NCBI GenBank assembly: GCA_043767805.1
Contig: JAYUGC010000091.1
Coordinates: forward strand, 1,467-65,466
DNA length: 64,000 nt
DNA from: Pseudomonadota bacterium
Lineage (GTDB): Bacteria; Bdellovibrionota; FAC87; UBA2466
Direction of reading: 5' to 3'
Both the position numbers and the translations under genes were made by a program. The notes below the pieces were generated by a model that was not told the origin of the DNA, did not search any database, and worked only from the letters and a program-made list of their open reading frames with translations. This document shows, one piece after another, positions 46,441 through 55,694 of the stretch; position 1 is the first letter of the stretch, and each line of letters starts with the position of its first letter.

Positions 46441-47229
46441 CTATTGCAGGTTAACCGTGTGCGTGCCTTCGGTGAGCTGGATCTTGTCCCCGCCAACCCG
46501 CTTGTACGCGTTCGTGTCGGAGCAGGTACCAGCCTGCTCGGCGTTACTCAGCTGAAAGCCGCGCGAACGATCGACGCAGAAAGAGCCTTCACCCGTGCCG
46601 GGCCAGTAGCGCTCGCCGCCGTTGAACTCGGCGTAGTAGTAAACGTAGCTACCGGCCGCGGTGTTACCGAAGTTGAACTCTTTGCAGTGGTTCGAAGAGC
46701 TCGCATTCGCGTCGATACGCCACCAGCCTTTCGAAGTCCAAGAGCCGCCTTCGAAGCGAACGATGCTGAGGGACACACCTTCTTTATCGGAGTTATTGCA
46801 AATGCGGAGCTTCGCGTCCGTGTTTTTGCAGTTATTGAACTCGTAGGTGCCGTTGTAAGAACCCGCGCCCACGAAACCCGTCGTGTAGACGCCCGTGCGG
46901 CACGGCCGCGCCGTCGCGGAGCTGATGTTGAAACCGTTCTGGCGATCGATGCAGGCGCCGCCGTTGCCAGGGGTCAGGGTCTGGCCCTTGTACTGCACGA
47001 GAACGCTGCGGCTGGTATAGGCCTGACCGGCGTAACGAGAGGGAAAATCAGAGCTGGAGGAGTGAGGGCCGATTTCGCGCCATCCCCAAGCCACCGTCGG
47101 CTGCTCGTTCCAATCCACTCCGGCGCCTTCCGTCGTGGCGACGAAAATGGGGTGCTGGCAATGGTTCTGAACCGTGAAACCAAAGGCCAACGTACTGAGG
47201 AACGAGAGAACAACGGCAAACTGCTTCAT
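46441..47229 (-). CDS. secreted protein with two DUF1036-like domains
   Basis: Signal peptide MKQFAVVLSFLSTLAFG. LRICNNSDKEGVSLSIV...GWWRI...C pattern, with a weaker first copy TVQNHCQHPIFVA. Confidence 0.45.
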   Translation of the reverse strand: MKQFAVVLSFLSTLAFGFTVQNHCQHPIFVATTEGAGVDWNEQPTVAWGWREIGPHSSSSDFPSRYAGQAYTSRSVLVQYKGQTLTPGNGGACIDRQNGFNISSATARPCRTGVYTTGFVGAGSYNGTYEFNNCKNTDAKLRICNNSDKEGVSLSIVRFEGGSWTSKGWWRIDANASSSNHCKEFNFGNTAAGSYVYYYAEFNGGERYWPGTGEGSFCVDRSRGFQLSNAEQAGTCSDTNAYKRVGGDKIQLTEGTHTVNLQ

Positions 47230-47356
47230 CTAAGGGACCTCCAAGTTAGACCCGTATCTGCCAGTCCTGATACGCCACGTCAACGCGACAAAGCGCGCCA
47301 CTCAAAACAATTGAAATCCTTGAGCCAAAGCCCCTTCGAAGTGAGACCATACCTCG

Positions 47357-49009
47357 ATGAATCGTTGGCTGAAGGCTTCAGGGGCCTTGCTCCTTTGTGC
47401 GGCTTTGGGAATCGTCTCGTCGTTGGCTTGGTGTTACCAGGGCAATACGCTCAATCGAAATGGGAAGTGGGTATCCACCAAGGCGGGGCTCTCTTATGGA
47501 GTCATGGGAGCGCTTCACTACGTCTCGAGCCGGCAAGCGGTAGCTCAAAACCGCTTGAATCTCGGCGCTTGGAACGGCTTTCAGGAGCTCACCTTAAACG
47601 AGCCGGTCTCTCCGAAACATTTGCAGTTTCGCTACGCGCTCGAGGACGGCGCTTATGTCGCCGTGATTTTTAACCGCGGGCCTCACGGCTATTCCGGCCT
47701 GAGACTGAGCCGCCACCCGCTTTTTCCGAGCGCCTATTTCCAAGCGGACCGCTCGGGACGCTTTACCCAAAAAACCGTACTCGATCTTCCAGCCACTTCC
47801 GGTTGGCATCAGCTTCGCTTGAACTTCGGGGGCGGAAAAGCCGAGGCCCGCCTCGATGGACGTAGAGTGTGGGAAGGTCTCGAGAACCTCACCTCCTCCG
47901 GGCTCGTTTCCTTGAAGGGAAGCTTGAAGCCGGCCTTCGTCGACGATTTCCGCCTCGAGCAAACGAACGGGGACGTCCTTAGCGATTCCTTCGACAATTT
48001 CTCCGAAGCCGGGCGTTACGCGCTTTCCTTCAGCCTCTTCTACCTCGCGGCTTTGATGACTTTTGTTTGGATTCTCCGCCGCCGCTTCCAGCGGCCAGAA
48101 GCCCTCGCAGAAGCGTACCTCGGATTTGCGGTCGCGCTCGGAGTCTTGCTCCTCGCTTACAGCTTTGACTACTTGTTTTGGTCGCCCGCCTATTTGAAAG
48201 AAGAGGTCCTCGCCAAGGCGGGCCAATTCAAGGGTTGGGGCAGACAGAAAAACGGCGCCCTCTCTCAAGAATTTCTCAGATCCGCGGCCGCGGTCGATTA
48301 CAAAGAGCCCTCGCCTTTCGTCGAGCTTTCCCTTTATGGGGAAAAGAGCCCGCATAGCTCGACCCATTACGCATTCTATAAAGGAAGGGAAGCCCGCCCC
48401 GAGGAAATCACTTTCGGTAAGGCCCCAGCCTTCTCCGAAACCAAGACGGCGTTCCGCACCGTTTTTCTGGGCTCCTCACAGACCTGGGGCTCAGGTGCGA
48501 TGGACTCGACCGAAACCTTCGTAGCGCTCTGGCACTCGGGCCTGGGGAAATGCCGGCCGGGCCGCGCCTTCGAGACGATGAACCTTTCCAGGAGCAGTAC
48601 CCGCTCGGGAGACCTACTGGACACGTACCTCAAAGAAGACTTCTACGAAAAGTACCACGCGGACTTGGTGGTGATTAACCTCGCCTTCAACGATCAAACC
48701 AATCTCGCTGGTTTCGAGGCTAATCTCGAAAAGTTAGTCGCGCTCAACGAATCCATTGGAGCCACGACCGTGCTCGCAAAAGAGGCGAGCTCTTTGGAAA
48801 AGGGAATTCGCTTATCGTATGAGGCCATCGACCGTGTCGCCAGAGCGCACGGCCTGAAGGTGCTCGATCTCAATGGAGAGCTCAATCAGCCGGCAGTCGC
48901 TGACAGCGGTTTTCTCTGGTGGGATCAGATCCATCTCACTCCGTACGGCCACCGCAAGGTTTCGGAAAGTCTACTCAGCTCGCTCGAGCCCCTTCTCCCT
49001 TTCCCCTGA
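47357..49009 (+). CDS. membrane-anchored SGNH/GDSL-type hydrolase
   Basis: 550 aa. N-terminal anchor and two central TM helices. C-terminal SGNH blocks FLGSSQTWGSG (I), VINLAFNDQ (III) and WWDQIHLT (V). Confidence 0.65.
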   Translation: MNRWLKASGALLLCAALGIVSSLAWCYQGNTLNRNGKWVSTKAGLSYGVMGALHYVSSRQAVAQNRLNLGAWNGFQELTLNEPVSPKHLQFRYALEDGAYVAVIFNRGPHGYSGLRLSRHPLFPSAYFQADRSGRFTQKTVLDLPATSGWHQLRLNFGGGKAEARLDGRRVWEGLENLTSSGLVSLKGSLKPAFVDDFRLEQTNGDVLSDSFDNFSEAGRYALSFSLFYLAALMTFVWILRRRFQRPEALAEAYLGFAVALGVLLLAYSFDYLFWSPAYLKEEVLAKAGQFKGWGRQKNGALSQEFLRSAAAVDYKEPSPFVELSLYGEKSPHSSTHYAFYKGREARPEEITFGKAPAFSETKTAFRTVFLGSSQTWGSGAMDSTETFVALWHSGLGKCRPGRAFETMNLSRSSTRSGDLLDTYLKEDFYEKYHADLVVINLAFNDQTNLAGFEANLEKLVALNESIGATTVLAKEASSLEKGIRLSYEAIDRVARAHGLKVLDLNGELNQPAVADSGFLWWDQIHLTPYGHRKVSESLLSSLEPLLPFP

Positions 49010-49172
49010 AACCCCGTTAGGGGGTCCGAATGTGTACCTCCAGAATACACCTCACATTTCCTCTGTATTTCAATAGACTTAAGTAATTATCCGTTTTTGC
49101 CGATAAGCCTATTGCCTGAAAGATGCACAAGCCTGGGGTTAAAAACGAGCCTGGTTTCAAGGGTGTTAAGTC

Positions 49173-49188
49173 TGGCACCTCCTATGCA
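49173..49188 (+). promoter_or_regulatory. sigma-54 promoter (TGGCAC-N5-ATGCA)
   Basis: TGGCACCTCCTATGCA with correct GG/GC spacing, in a low-GC intergenic region 91 nt upstream of ATG 49279. Confidence 0.6.
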
Positions 49189-49278
49189 TTTCTAAGTCAG
49201 CAAGCCAGTCCATTTCCGCGCCACACCATTGATTCTCCATCCTGGATTAACTGACCCCTGACTTCTGGTTGGTAAAAC

Positions 49279-51417
49279 ATGAAGCACACGCAAATCACTT
49301 TTAAGACGTTTTTGATTTTCGCCGCCGCGGCGCTCGCCGGCTGTAACGGCAAGCTCGTGACTCGTAACTCTCAAGCGCAAGCCCAAGAGCAAGAGACACT
49401 TCCCATTCAGAGCACGACCGAGTGCGCGAAGGGGCTTACGGCCACGGTGACTCAAGTCACGCCGGCGTCTAGCGTCACGGTCGGCCAGGGCGTTCAATTT
49501 AGAATCGATGCGAGTGGTTGTAAGTATGGCTACCTAGCCTTCGTGGTCGGCTCCGCCGATCCTTTAGCTTTCAATAGCTCCGCCACGTACACCCAGACCT
49601 TTAGTACGGTCGGCTCGAACATTCGTGAGAGCGTGCGCGTCGTCGTCTTGAACGACAAGAACCAGGCCGCCAACCAATACACAATTCAATCGGCTCCTTT
49701 TGCGGTCGCCGCTGCTCCGGTCACTCAAGTGAACTGCGCGCTCGTACCGGCCGTCATGACGGTCAACTTGAACGTGGACACCGCGGGTAACCCCACGCAG
49801 GCGCCGCCGAATCTTCGCTTTACGATTCAATCGAGCGTCCCGACCCGCGTGGTGGAAGTCCTTTCTCCCTTCGCCGGCTCGCTCCAGCTATCGCCCGGGA
49901 CGCCGATTCCGAGTGCCGTGCTTTCATCGATTACCCCCATCGACGGGCAGATGATCATTCCTCGCACTGGCCCCTACGCTTTCAAAGTAGTCGATGCTCA
50001 AGGCAACATCGGCCAATGTTTGGCGGACGTGCGCATCAACCCGATTTCGGCGACGATCCCTCAGTTTAACTACCGCGGCGATTTCACCGGCGACGGCGTG
50101 GACGACATCCTCACGCGCGAACCGGCCACGGGCGTTCTCTGGGTAGCTAAGGGAAGCGGTGGCTCGGGCTTCACCTATTTGCCCTTCGGCCTTCTTCCCC
50201 CGACTCAAAACTACGTCGATTTCCTCGCGGCGGATTTCAACCACGACGGAAAGATGGATTTCATCGTCCGCGAATTGGCGACGCGCATGTGGAAGGGCGC
50301 TTTCTCGAACGGTAACGCTTTCGTCATCAGCGACCTCGGCGCTTGGCCTGCGAACCTCGTGCTCAGCGACGTTCGTTTGCTCGACTACAACAACAACGGC
50401 ATGCTCGACATCGTTGGCCGGTTGAACAGCGTGAACTACTTTTCTCTCTTCACGCTGAACCCGGCGAACCCGTTCTTGGGATCTATCGCAGCCCCGATTC
50501 CGGAGCCGTCGGTACTGAGCGTTCAGACTACCGCCACCACCATTGCCTTCGACGGAAGCGTCACTTTCAACTGGACCTCGACCAATACGTCTTCTTGCCT
50601 CGTGAAGAAGAACGGCACGGCGGTCTCGATGCCGAGCGGATCCAACGTTACGGGCGGCATACCCTTCCCGGGACTCGAGTCCACCTCCACGTTTCAGCTT
50701 CAGTGCGTACAAGCCGGTACGAGCAATAATATCGTTTCGACCATTCTGACGGTGGTCGTGCAGCCTCCTCCGGCTCCGGTGCTTACCTTGAAAGTGAAAG
50801 CCTCGGCTTCGGACTCGGCGGCGGACGCTAGAGTCGTCGACCCGAACGGTATCGTCTACTGGAGCTATAGCACTCAGAACGCGAAAGACTGCCAAATGTT
50901 CCGGACGGCGACCGTGCTCTCGACGGCGCTCAACTCCGGGTACGTCGCCTCGGCTCCTATCACGGCGAACGCGGCCTTCATCTTAAAGTGTAAGAGCTTA
51001 TTGGGAGTCGCGGTGGAAACCCCGGCTATCATCGTCTCCGTGAAGGCGGACCTTTCCTTCGCGCCTAGCACGACGATTGATTTCGGTAACGTGAACTTCG
51101 GCGGCGAAGCGGCGGCGCAAACCATCGTCGTCACGGCGGCCGCGAACAAAGCGGGCGCGACGGCCATCAAAGCTACCCTGCCGGCGAACTTCGTCTTTGT
51201 CGCGGGCACCTGCACCGCGGCGGCGGCAACCCCCTTCGTCCTCGCGGCGGGGGCAAGCTGTAACTATAAAGTTAAGTTCGTACCCGCGGGCAGCGGCAAC
51301 TCGGACGTCACTTACCAGGGTGCTTTGGCTTTCTCCTATCACGACGGTATCTCGACGATTTCGGAGAACGCGGTCACCCTGAAGGGCCGCGGCACGAAGC
51401 CTCCCGAAGGAAAGTAA
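49279..51417 (+). CDS. large lipoprotein with FG-GAP/VCBS-like repeats and Ig-like domains
   Basis: Lipobox AALAGC. Repeats GDFTGDGVDDIL, ADFNHDGKMDFIV and LLDYNNNGMLDIV. T/S/V-rich beta-type domains. Confidence 0.7.
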   Translation: MKHTQITFKTFLIFAAAALAGCNGKLVTRNSQAQAQEQETLPIQSTTECAKGLTATVTQVTPASSVTVGQGVQFRIDASGCKYGYLAFVVGSADPLAFNSSATYTQTFSTVGSNIRESVRVVVLNDKNQAANQYTIQSAPFAVAAAPVTQVNCALVPAVMTVNLNVDTAGNPTQAPPNLRFTIQSSVPTRVVEVLSPFAGSLQLSPGTPIPSAVLSSITPIDGQMIIPRTGPYAFKVVDAQGNIGQCLADVRINPISATIPQFNYRGDFTGDGVDDILTREPATGVLWVAKGSGGSGFTYLPFGLLPPTQNYVDFLAADFNHDGKMDFIVRELATRMWKGAFSNGNAFVISDLGAWPANLVLSDVRLLDYNNNGMLDIVGRLNSVNYFSLFTLNPANPFLGSIAAPIPEPSVLSVQTTATTIAFDGSVTFNWTSTNTSSCLVKKNGTAVSMPSGSNVTGGIPFPGLESTSTFQLQCVQAGTSNNIVSTILTVVVQPPPAPVLTLKVKASASDSAADARVVDPNGIVYWSYSTQNAKDCQMFRTATVLSTALNSGYVASAPITANAAFILKCKSLLGVAVETPAIIVSVKADLSFAPSTTIDFGNVNFGGEAAAQTIVVTAAANKAGATAIKATLPANFVFVAGTCTAAAATPFVLAAGASCNYKVKFVPAGSGNSDVTYQGALAFSYHDGISTISENAVTLKGRGTKPPEGK

Positions 51418-51420
51418 CGA

Positions 51421-52428
51421 ATGAAAAGTGCTGCCTTCACACTTGGTGGTCTTCTTCTCTTGGCCTGGGCGGCCGTGAATACCTATCTCGATGTGACTCG
51501 CTATGGAACGACCTGGGGAGCCTATTGGTGGTTTTGTAACCTCGCGACGTTCGGTATCGGCATCGGCCTCTTGATCCGTAGCCGCGGTCTACTCACCGGG
51601 TTCGTCGCCATTGCGAGCTTCACCCAAAGTCTCTGGATCCTCGATAACGTCATGACTCAGTGGTACGGCCAAGGCCCCATCGGCCTCGTCGGCTTCATGT
51701 ACCGCCCGGGCTATCCCATGGACGAGTTCGTCCTCACCCACTATCACTACTTCACGATTCCCATCGCGCTGATGGGCATTCTCTTTCTGCCGAAGCGAAA
51801 CGACTACACGGTTCGCTATATCGCCGTCTTCAATCCGCTCATCTTCGCGGTTTCTTACTTTGCCTTTTCGTCCGAGCAGAACATCAACTGCATTCACCGG
51901 GCTTGTTTCTCTGGTATGTCCACTTGGGACGGACCCATTTATTCCATCGCCTTCTGGGCGGTGGTTTATGCTCTGCACCTCATCATCGGTGCGGGCTTGG
52001 TCCGCTTCTTCGCCAAGGTCGACATGACTCCGGCTCGTCAGAACCTCGCGCTGGCGGGCTTCCTGGCAACGATGGTCGCGGCGGTCGGGCTCACGGTGAA
52101 GGATGTGAATTTCAAGCAGGCCATGCCGCAGTTTGCTTGTAGCGAGCCCGCTTCCGAAGGCGGCGTGACTTCGGGTTGCCAGTTCACCCGCCTTCACTAC
52201 GAAGGTCAGTTTACGCTCACCTATTTCTTAAAGAACGAAGGCGATGCGCTCGTGCATTGCCAGGTCTCTTTAAGGACGGCGGACGGAGTCACGTCTCTTA
52301 ACGAAGGCACGACGGTGGAAGCTCGCGCCGAGGTTCATTTGAGCGCAGCGCTCCCGACGCCGACCAAAGACACCAAAGCGACCGTGGTCACCCACTGCTC
52401 GCCTCTCACCACTCTCAGCGCGAATTAA
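51421..52428 (+). CDS. polytopic membrane protein, unknown function
   Basis: 335 aa with ~7 hydrophobic helices and SD GAAGGAAAG. Starts 3 nt after the lipoprotein gene. Confidence 0.6.
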   Translation: MKSAAFTLGGLLLLAWAAVNTYLDVTRYGTTWGAYWWFCNLATFGIGIGLLIRSRGLLTGFVAIASFTQSLWILDNVMTQWYGQGPIGLVGFMYRPGYPMDEFVLTHYHYFTIPIALMGILFLPKRNDYTVRYIAVFNPLIFAVSYFAFSSEQNINCIHRACFSGMSTWDGPIYSIAFWAVVYALHLIIGAGLVRFFAKVDMTPARQNLALAGFLATMVAAVGLTVKDVNFKQAMPQFACSEPASEGGVTSGCQFTRLHYEGQFTLTYFLKNEGDALVHCQVSLRTADGVTSLNEGTTVEARAEVHLSAALPTPTKDTKATVVTHCSPLTTLSAN

Positions 52429-52477
52429 AGAAAAGCTGTTACCCCGTCGTCAAACGGAGTAACGGCCGCTCAGGTAA

Positions 52478-52744
52478 CTATTCCGCTTTGGACGTAATCT
52501 GCATCGCGGAAGCGTTATGAACGCGAAGGTTGGGCAAGAGCTCGTCGATGAGCTGGGCCGTCTTCGTGCCTTTCAATTCCGCCTTCGCCTCGATGAGCTC
52601 CTTGATGGTGTCGGCGTGGCCGGCATGCATCTCTTGGCCGAAGGCGCGATCGAACTCTGCCCCGTGCGCATTGCTGAGCTTGTCCATCACGATCTTTTCC
52701 TTCTCCTTCATCTTGGGATCGATGGAGCCGACTTCAGAGCTCAA
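52478..52744 (-). CDS. DUF4142-like small protein (possibly truncated or frame-disrupted)
   Basis: GAEFDRAFGQEMHAGHADTIKEL resembles DUF4142. TTG start without SD. A GGAGGA-ATG at 52763 opens a different frame that stops after 9 codons. Confidence 0.35.
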   Translation of the reverse strand: MSSEVGSIDPKMKEKEKIVMDKLSNAHGAEFDRAFGQEMHAGHADTIKELIEAKAELKGTKTAQLIDELLPNLRVHNASAMQITSKAE

Positions 52745-53002
52745 GTCCGCTTGAACGAATCATGGAATCCTCCGATTAGTTTTTTGACGGAAATTCTCTA
52801 TGCCACTCACGTACCCAGGTGTCTGTTTTGCAGACACAGGCCCTCGTAACTGAAACCAAGCCAAGACCTCGAAACTCCGCTCATTAACGGCGTGACTACG
52901 GGCCCTGTCCTAAAGGTAGACAAAAAAGCGGTGCGCCCTCGGCGATCGCCGTTTAAAAGTCTTTTTTATTCAGTGTTTTAAGACAAACTAACCGAGGTAT
53001 TC

Positions 53003-53018
53003 TGGCCCCGAACTTGCT
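53003..53018 (+). promoter_or_regulatory. weak sigma-54-like motif (TGGCCC-N5-TTGCT)
   Basis: Correct GG/GC spacing, but only 15 nt separate it from ATG 53034. This would give an almost leaderless mRNA. Confidence 0.3.
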
Positions 53019-53033
53019 CTCTTATCACTTCTG

Positions 53034-54266
53034 ATGAGGGGGCCCCGGTTCACCATTCTACTCAACTTGCTGCTGTGCTTAGGCGCGCTTTGCCAACCTG
53101 CGAGCGCGTGCCAGGTGGACTACGGAGCTGTCGCAAAAAAGAGACTAACTGGATTACCTCGGCGCGAAACCGATCGCTTCTATCTCACGCGAGAGGCGAT
53201 GCGGGAAGAGTTCACGGAACCCGCCGCGAAACTTGTGGAAGAAGCCCACGAGCTTTTTGTTAGCGAGCCCGGCCGGGACGGTACGCCGGCGAAATTCGGT
53301 AACTACACTTCGGATCAATTGCAGGGACAGTTTACTTTCCTCTTGAAAGCCTTCCGGGACAAGCTCGACATTCCAGAGAAAGATGCCATTCGAATGGTGC
53401 GAACCCTTTTGAGCCAAGGAGAATCGGTCATTCCCAAGACCGAGCCGTTACCCGTCCCGCTGGTACCCAAAGGCTATGAAGTCACCTCCGAGTTAAGAGG
53501 GCTCGACAAGAAAATTCACGACGCGGAAAATAGATTCAATTTGAGAAATGGTCAGTTTCGTCCAAACACGCCCGAAGAAAAATTGTTCGCCTTCAACGAA
53601 AAAATCCGGAGTCTTGAGAAGTCGGCAAAGACTTACGTAGATGCACGCGCCCTATCCACCATCCACCAAAACATCGCTATTTTGGAAGAAGCCAAAGCTG
53701 CCCTCCTCAAGCTAGAGGAAATAAAGCAAGCTAGGTATGAGTCCTTCTATGCTCTAAATCCGCCTAGAGATTTTCCGTACGGGTTCACTAGCAAAGAAAA
53801 CTTTGCCGATTTCGGCCATCAGTTTCGCAACCGCCTGCGGGAATCTCTGACTCACCCTGGAGACACGTCCATAAAAGTGGAATTGGGCGGTAGCGCCACG
53901 GACGGCTTGAGTTTCATCGAGAAGGACGAAGGAATCTTGAGACGTCCTTTCGGACGCAGAAGCGACCTCGATTTCGTCGTCACCCTGCCCAAAAAGGAGT
54001 TCGATCAAATTTTTCCGAGCACCGCGCTGGCCTTGCAGGCCGATTACATTCAGAACGGCGGCGCTCAGTCTTATCCCATCGACGCCCAAAGCCTGCGGAC
54101 GTATCTGAATAAGCATCCCGAAATCAAAGGGCCAGTGCTTAACTTGCCCCATCTCCTCGACAAACAGTCGGAACTCGTGGGCGGAAGACATATTTCCCTT
54201 CTCTTCAACACTGACCCCACCTGGAACCAATCCCGTCCGGGCAGATTCCTTTCCGTTGGCGAGTGA
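53034..54266 (+). CDS. secreted protein with possible Pol-beta-type nucleotidyltransferase motif
   Basis: Signal peptide MRGPRFTILLNLLLCLGALCQPASA. C-terminal GGSATDG-x17-RRSDLDFVV resembles the GS...DxD NTase signature, but with an unusually long spacer. Confidence 0.45.
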   Translation: MRGPRFTILLNLLLCLGALCQPASACQVDYGAVAKKRLTGLPRRETDRFYLTREAMREEFTEPAAKLVEEAHELFVSEPGRDGTPAKFGNYTSDQLQGQFTFLLKAFRDKLDIPEKDAIRMVRTLLSQGESVIPKTEPLPVPLVPKGYEVTSELRGLDKKIHDAENRFNLRNGQFRPNTPEEKLFAFNEKIRSLEKSAKTYVDARALSTIHQNIAILEEAKAALLKLEEIKQARYESFYALNPPRDFPYGFTSKENFADFGHQFRNRLRESLTHPGDTSIKVELGGSATDGLSFIEKDEGILRRPFGRRSDLDFVVTLPKKEFDQIFPSTALALQADYIQNGGAQSYPIDAQSLRTYLNKHPEIKGPVLNLPHLLDKQSELVGGRHISLLFNTDPTWNQSRPGRFLSVGE

Positions 54267-54304
54267 GTGAATGCCAGCGCCTCAGAAATACTCTATAAGA
54301 GGGC

Positions 54305-55561
54305 ATGAAACGCGTTTTCTTGTTGCTCGTCGTCATAATTCCCTGTTTCGCCCAAGCCCTTCAGAAAGACGGGCGAGTCCTTCTGCAGAGTTTCACCTGG
54401 ACCTCCAACGAGCAAGGCGGCTGGTACAACTATCTGCGAACCCGAGTGAAGGACATCCAGGCGACCGGCATTGATGTGATTTGGCTGCCGCCCCCCTCTC
54501 AAGGCGAGGGCGCTGGGTATCACCCTCAACAACTCAATTCGCTCTCCAACAATTACGGGAGCGATAAGGAACATCAGGCACTCTTAAAGGACTTACGTCA
54601 GGCGGGCATTCTGCCGATTGCGGACGTCGTCTTGAATCATCGCCAAGGCACCAACGGCTGGGCGGTCTTTGAAAACCCGGCGTGGCCTTCGAACTTCATC
54701 TGCTCGACCGACGAGTTCTGGAAAAAGAATCCTTCAGAGCTTCCCAACCAAAAAGACCGAGACATCCTCTCTCGCGGCCAGAAGGGCGGACCGGATTACA
54801 CCGGCTCGGATTATCCGGACTGGCCCAACGCTCGCGACATGGATCATTCCAATTCCGCGGTGCGCGCGGAGTACCACAAGTATTTGGCTACTCTTCGACG
54901 CTTCGGCTATGAGGGCTGGCGCTACGACATGGCAAAGGGCATCGATCCGCGCTATTTCGCGGAGTACACCCAGCGCTCGGGTGCTTCCTTCTCCGTTGGC
55001 GAGTATTGGGACGGAGACCTCAACAAAATCGCGGGCTGGGTCCGGGGCAGCGGCTCGGCCGCCTTCGATTTTCCGGGCTACTACGGCGTTACCAAGGCAA
55101 TCCGCGATCAAGATTTTCCCGCCCTCGCCCAGGTCACGCAGAGCTCGAGCTTAATAGCGCATTATCCCGCTTACGCGGTGACGTTTCTGGAAAATCACGA
55201 CACGGGAAAACCTCTAAAGCCCGACGATTCGTTACCAAACGACGCAAGACTCATGCAAGGCTATGCGTATTTGCTCACCCATCCCGGAATTCCCAACGTG
55301 TTTTGGAAACACTTTGACGATTGGAATCACGCCAAAGAGATTTCCGATCTCATCCACGCTCGAAAAACCGCCAAGGTTCACAGCACGAGCTCCGTCGCCG
55401 CCTTCACCGCGGAAAAAATGTATGTCGCCTACGTTGGAGAGCCCGGCAAACAAGTCGACCTCGTCTTGCATCTCGGTCTGGGCGAGGTAGAGGCGCCGAA
55501 GGCTCCGACCTGGCGACTCGTCGCAAGTGGTGTGGGTTACAAGGTGTGGATCCGCAAATAG
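54305..55561 (+). CDS. secreted alpha-amylase (GH13)
   Basis: Signal peptide MKRVFLLLVVIIPCFAQA. GH13 regions DVVLNHR, GWRYDMAKG, VGEYWD and FLENHDT. Confidence 0.88.
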   Translation: MKRVFLLLVVIIPCFAQALQKDGRVLLQSFTWTSNEQGGWYNYLRTRVKDIQATGIDVIWLPPPSQGEGAGYHPQQLNSLSNNYGSDKEHQALLKDLRQAGILPIADVVLNHRQGTNGWAVFENPAWPSNFICSTDEFWKKNPSELPNQKDRDILSRGQKGGPDYTGSDYPDWPNARDMDHSNSAVRAEYHKYLATLRRFGYEGWRYDMAKGIDPRYFAEYTQRSGASFSVGEYWDGDLNKIAGWVRGSGSAAFDFPGYYGVTKAIRDQDFPALAQVTQSSSLIAHYPAYAVTFLENHDTGKPLKPDDSLPNDARLMQGYAYLLTHPGIPNVFWKHFDDWNHAKEISDLIHARKTAKVHSTSSVAAFTAEKMYVAYVGEPGKQVDLVLHLGLGEVEAPKAPTWRLVASGVGYKVWIRK

Positions 55562-55694
55562 CCGCCCAGGCTCCACCTGTTTCACCCGATCTTGGACACG
55601 CGGAGCGCCTGTATTCTCCGTGAGTAACGTCAGTTAAGCCGACGATTTCTGGCATATCGTTCGCAGGGTTGATCCCGGGGGGTTCTGCCACGCC

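Noticed and set aside
55650-55665. Sigma-54-like motif TGGCAT-N5-TCGCA upstream of glpD.
   Set aside because: The spacing is right, but the -12 element is degenerate and no SD follows. glpD is not an expected RpoN target. The motif is too weak to report as a feature.
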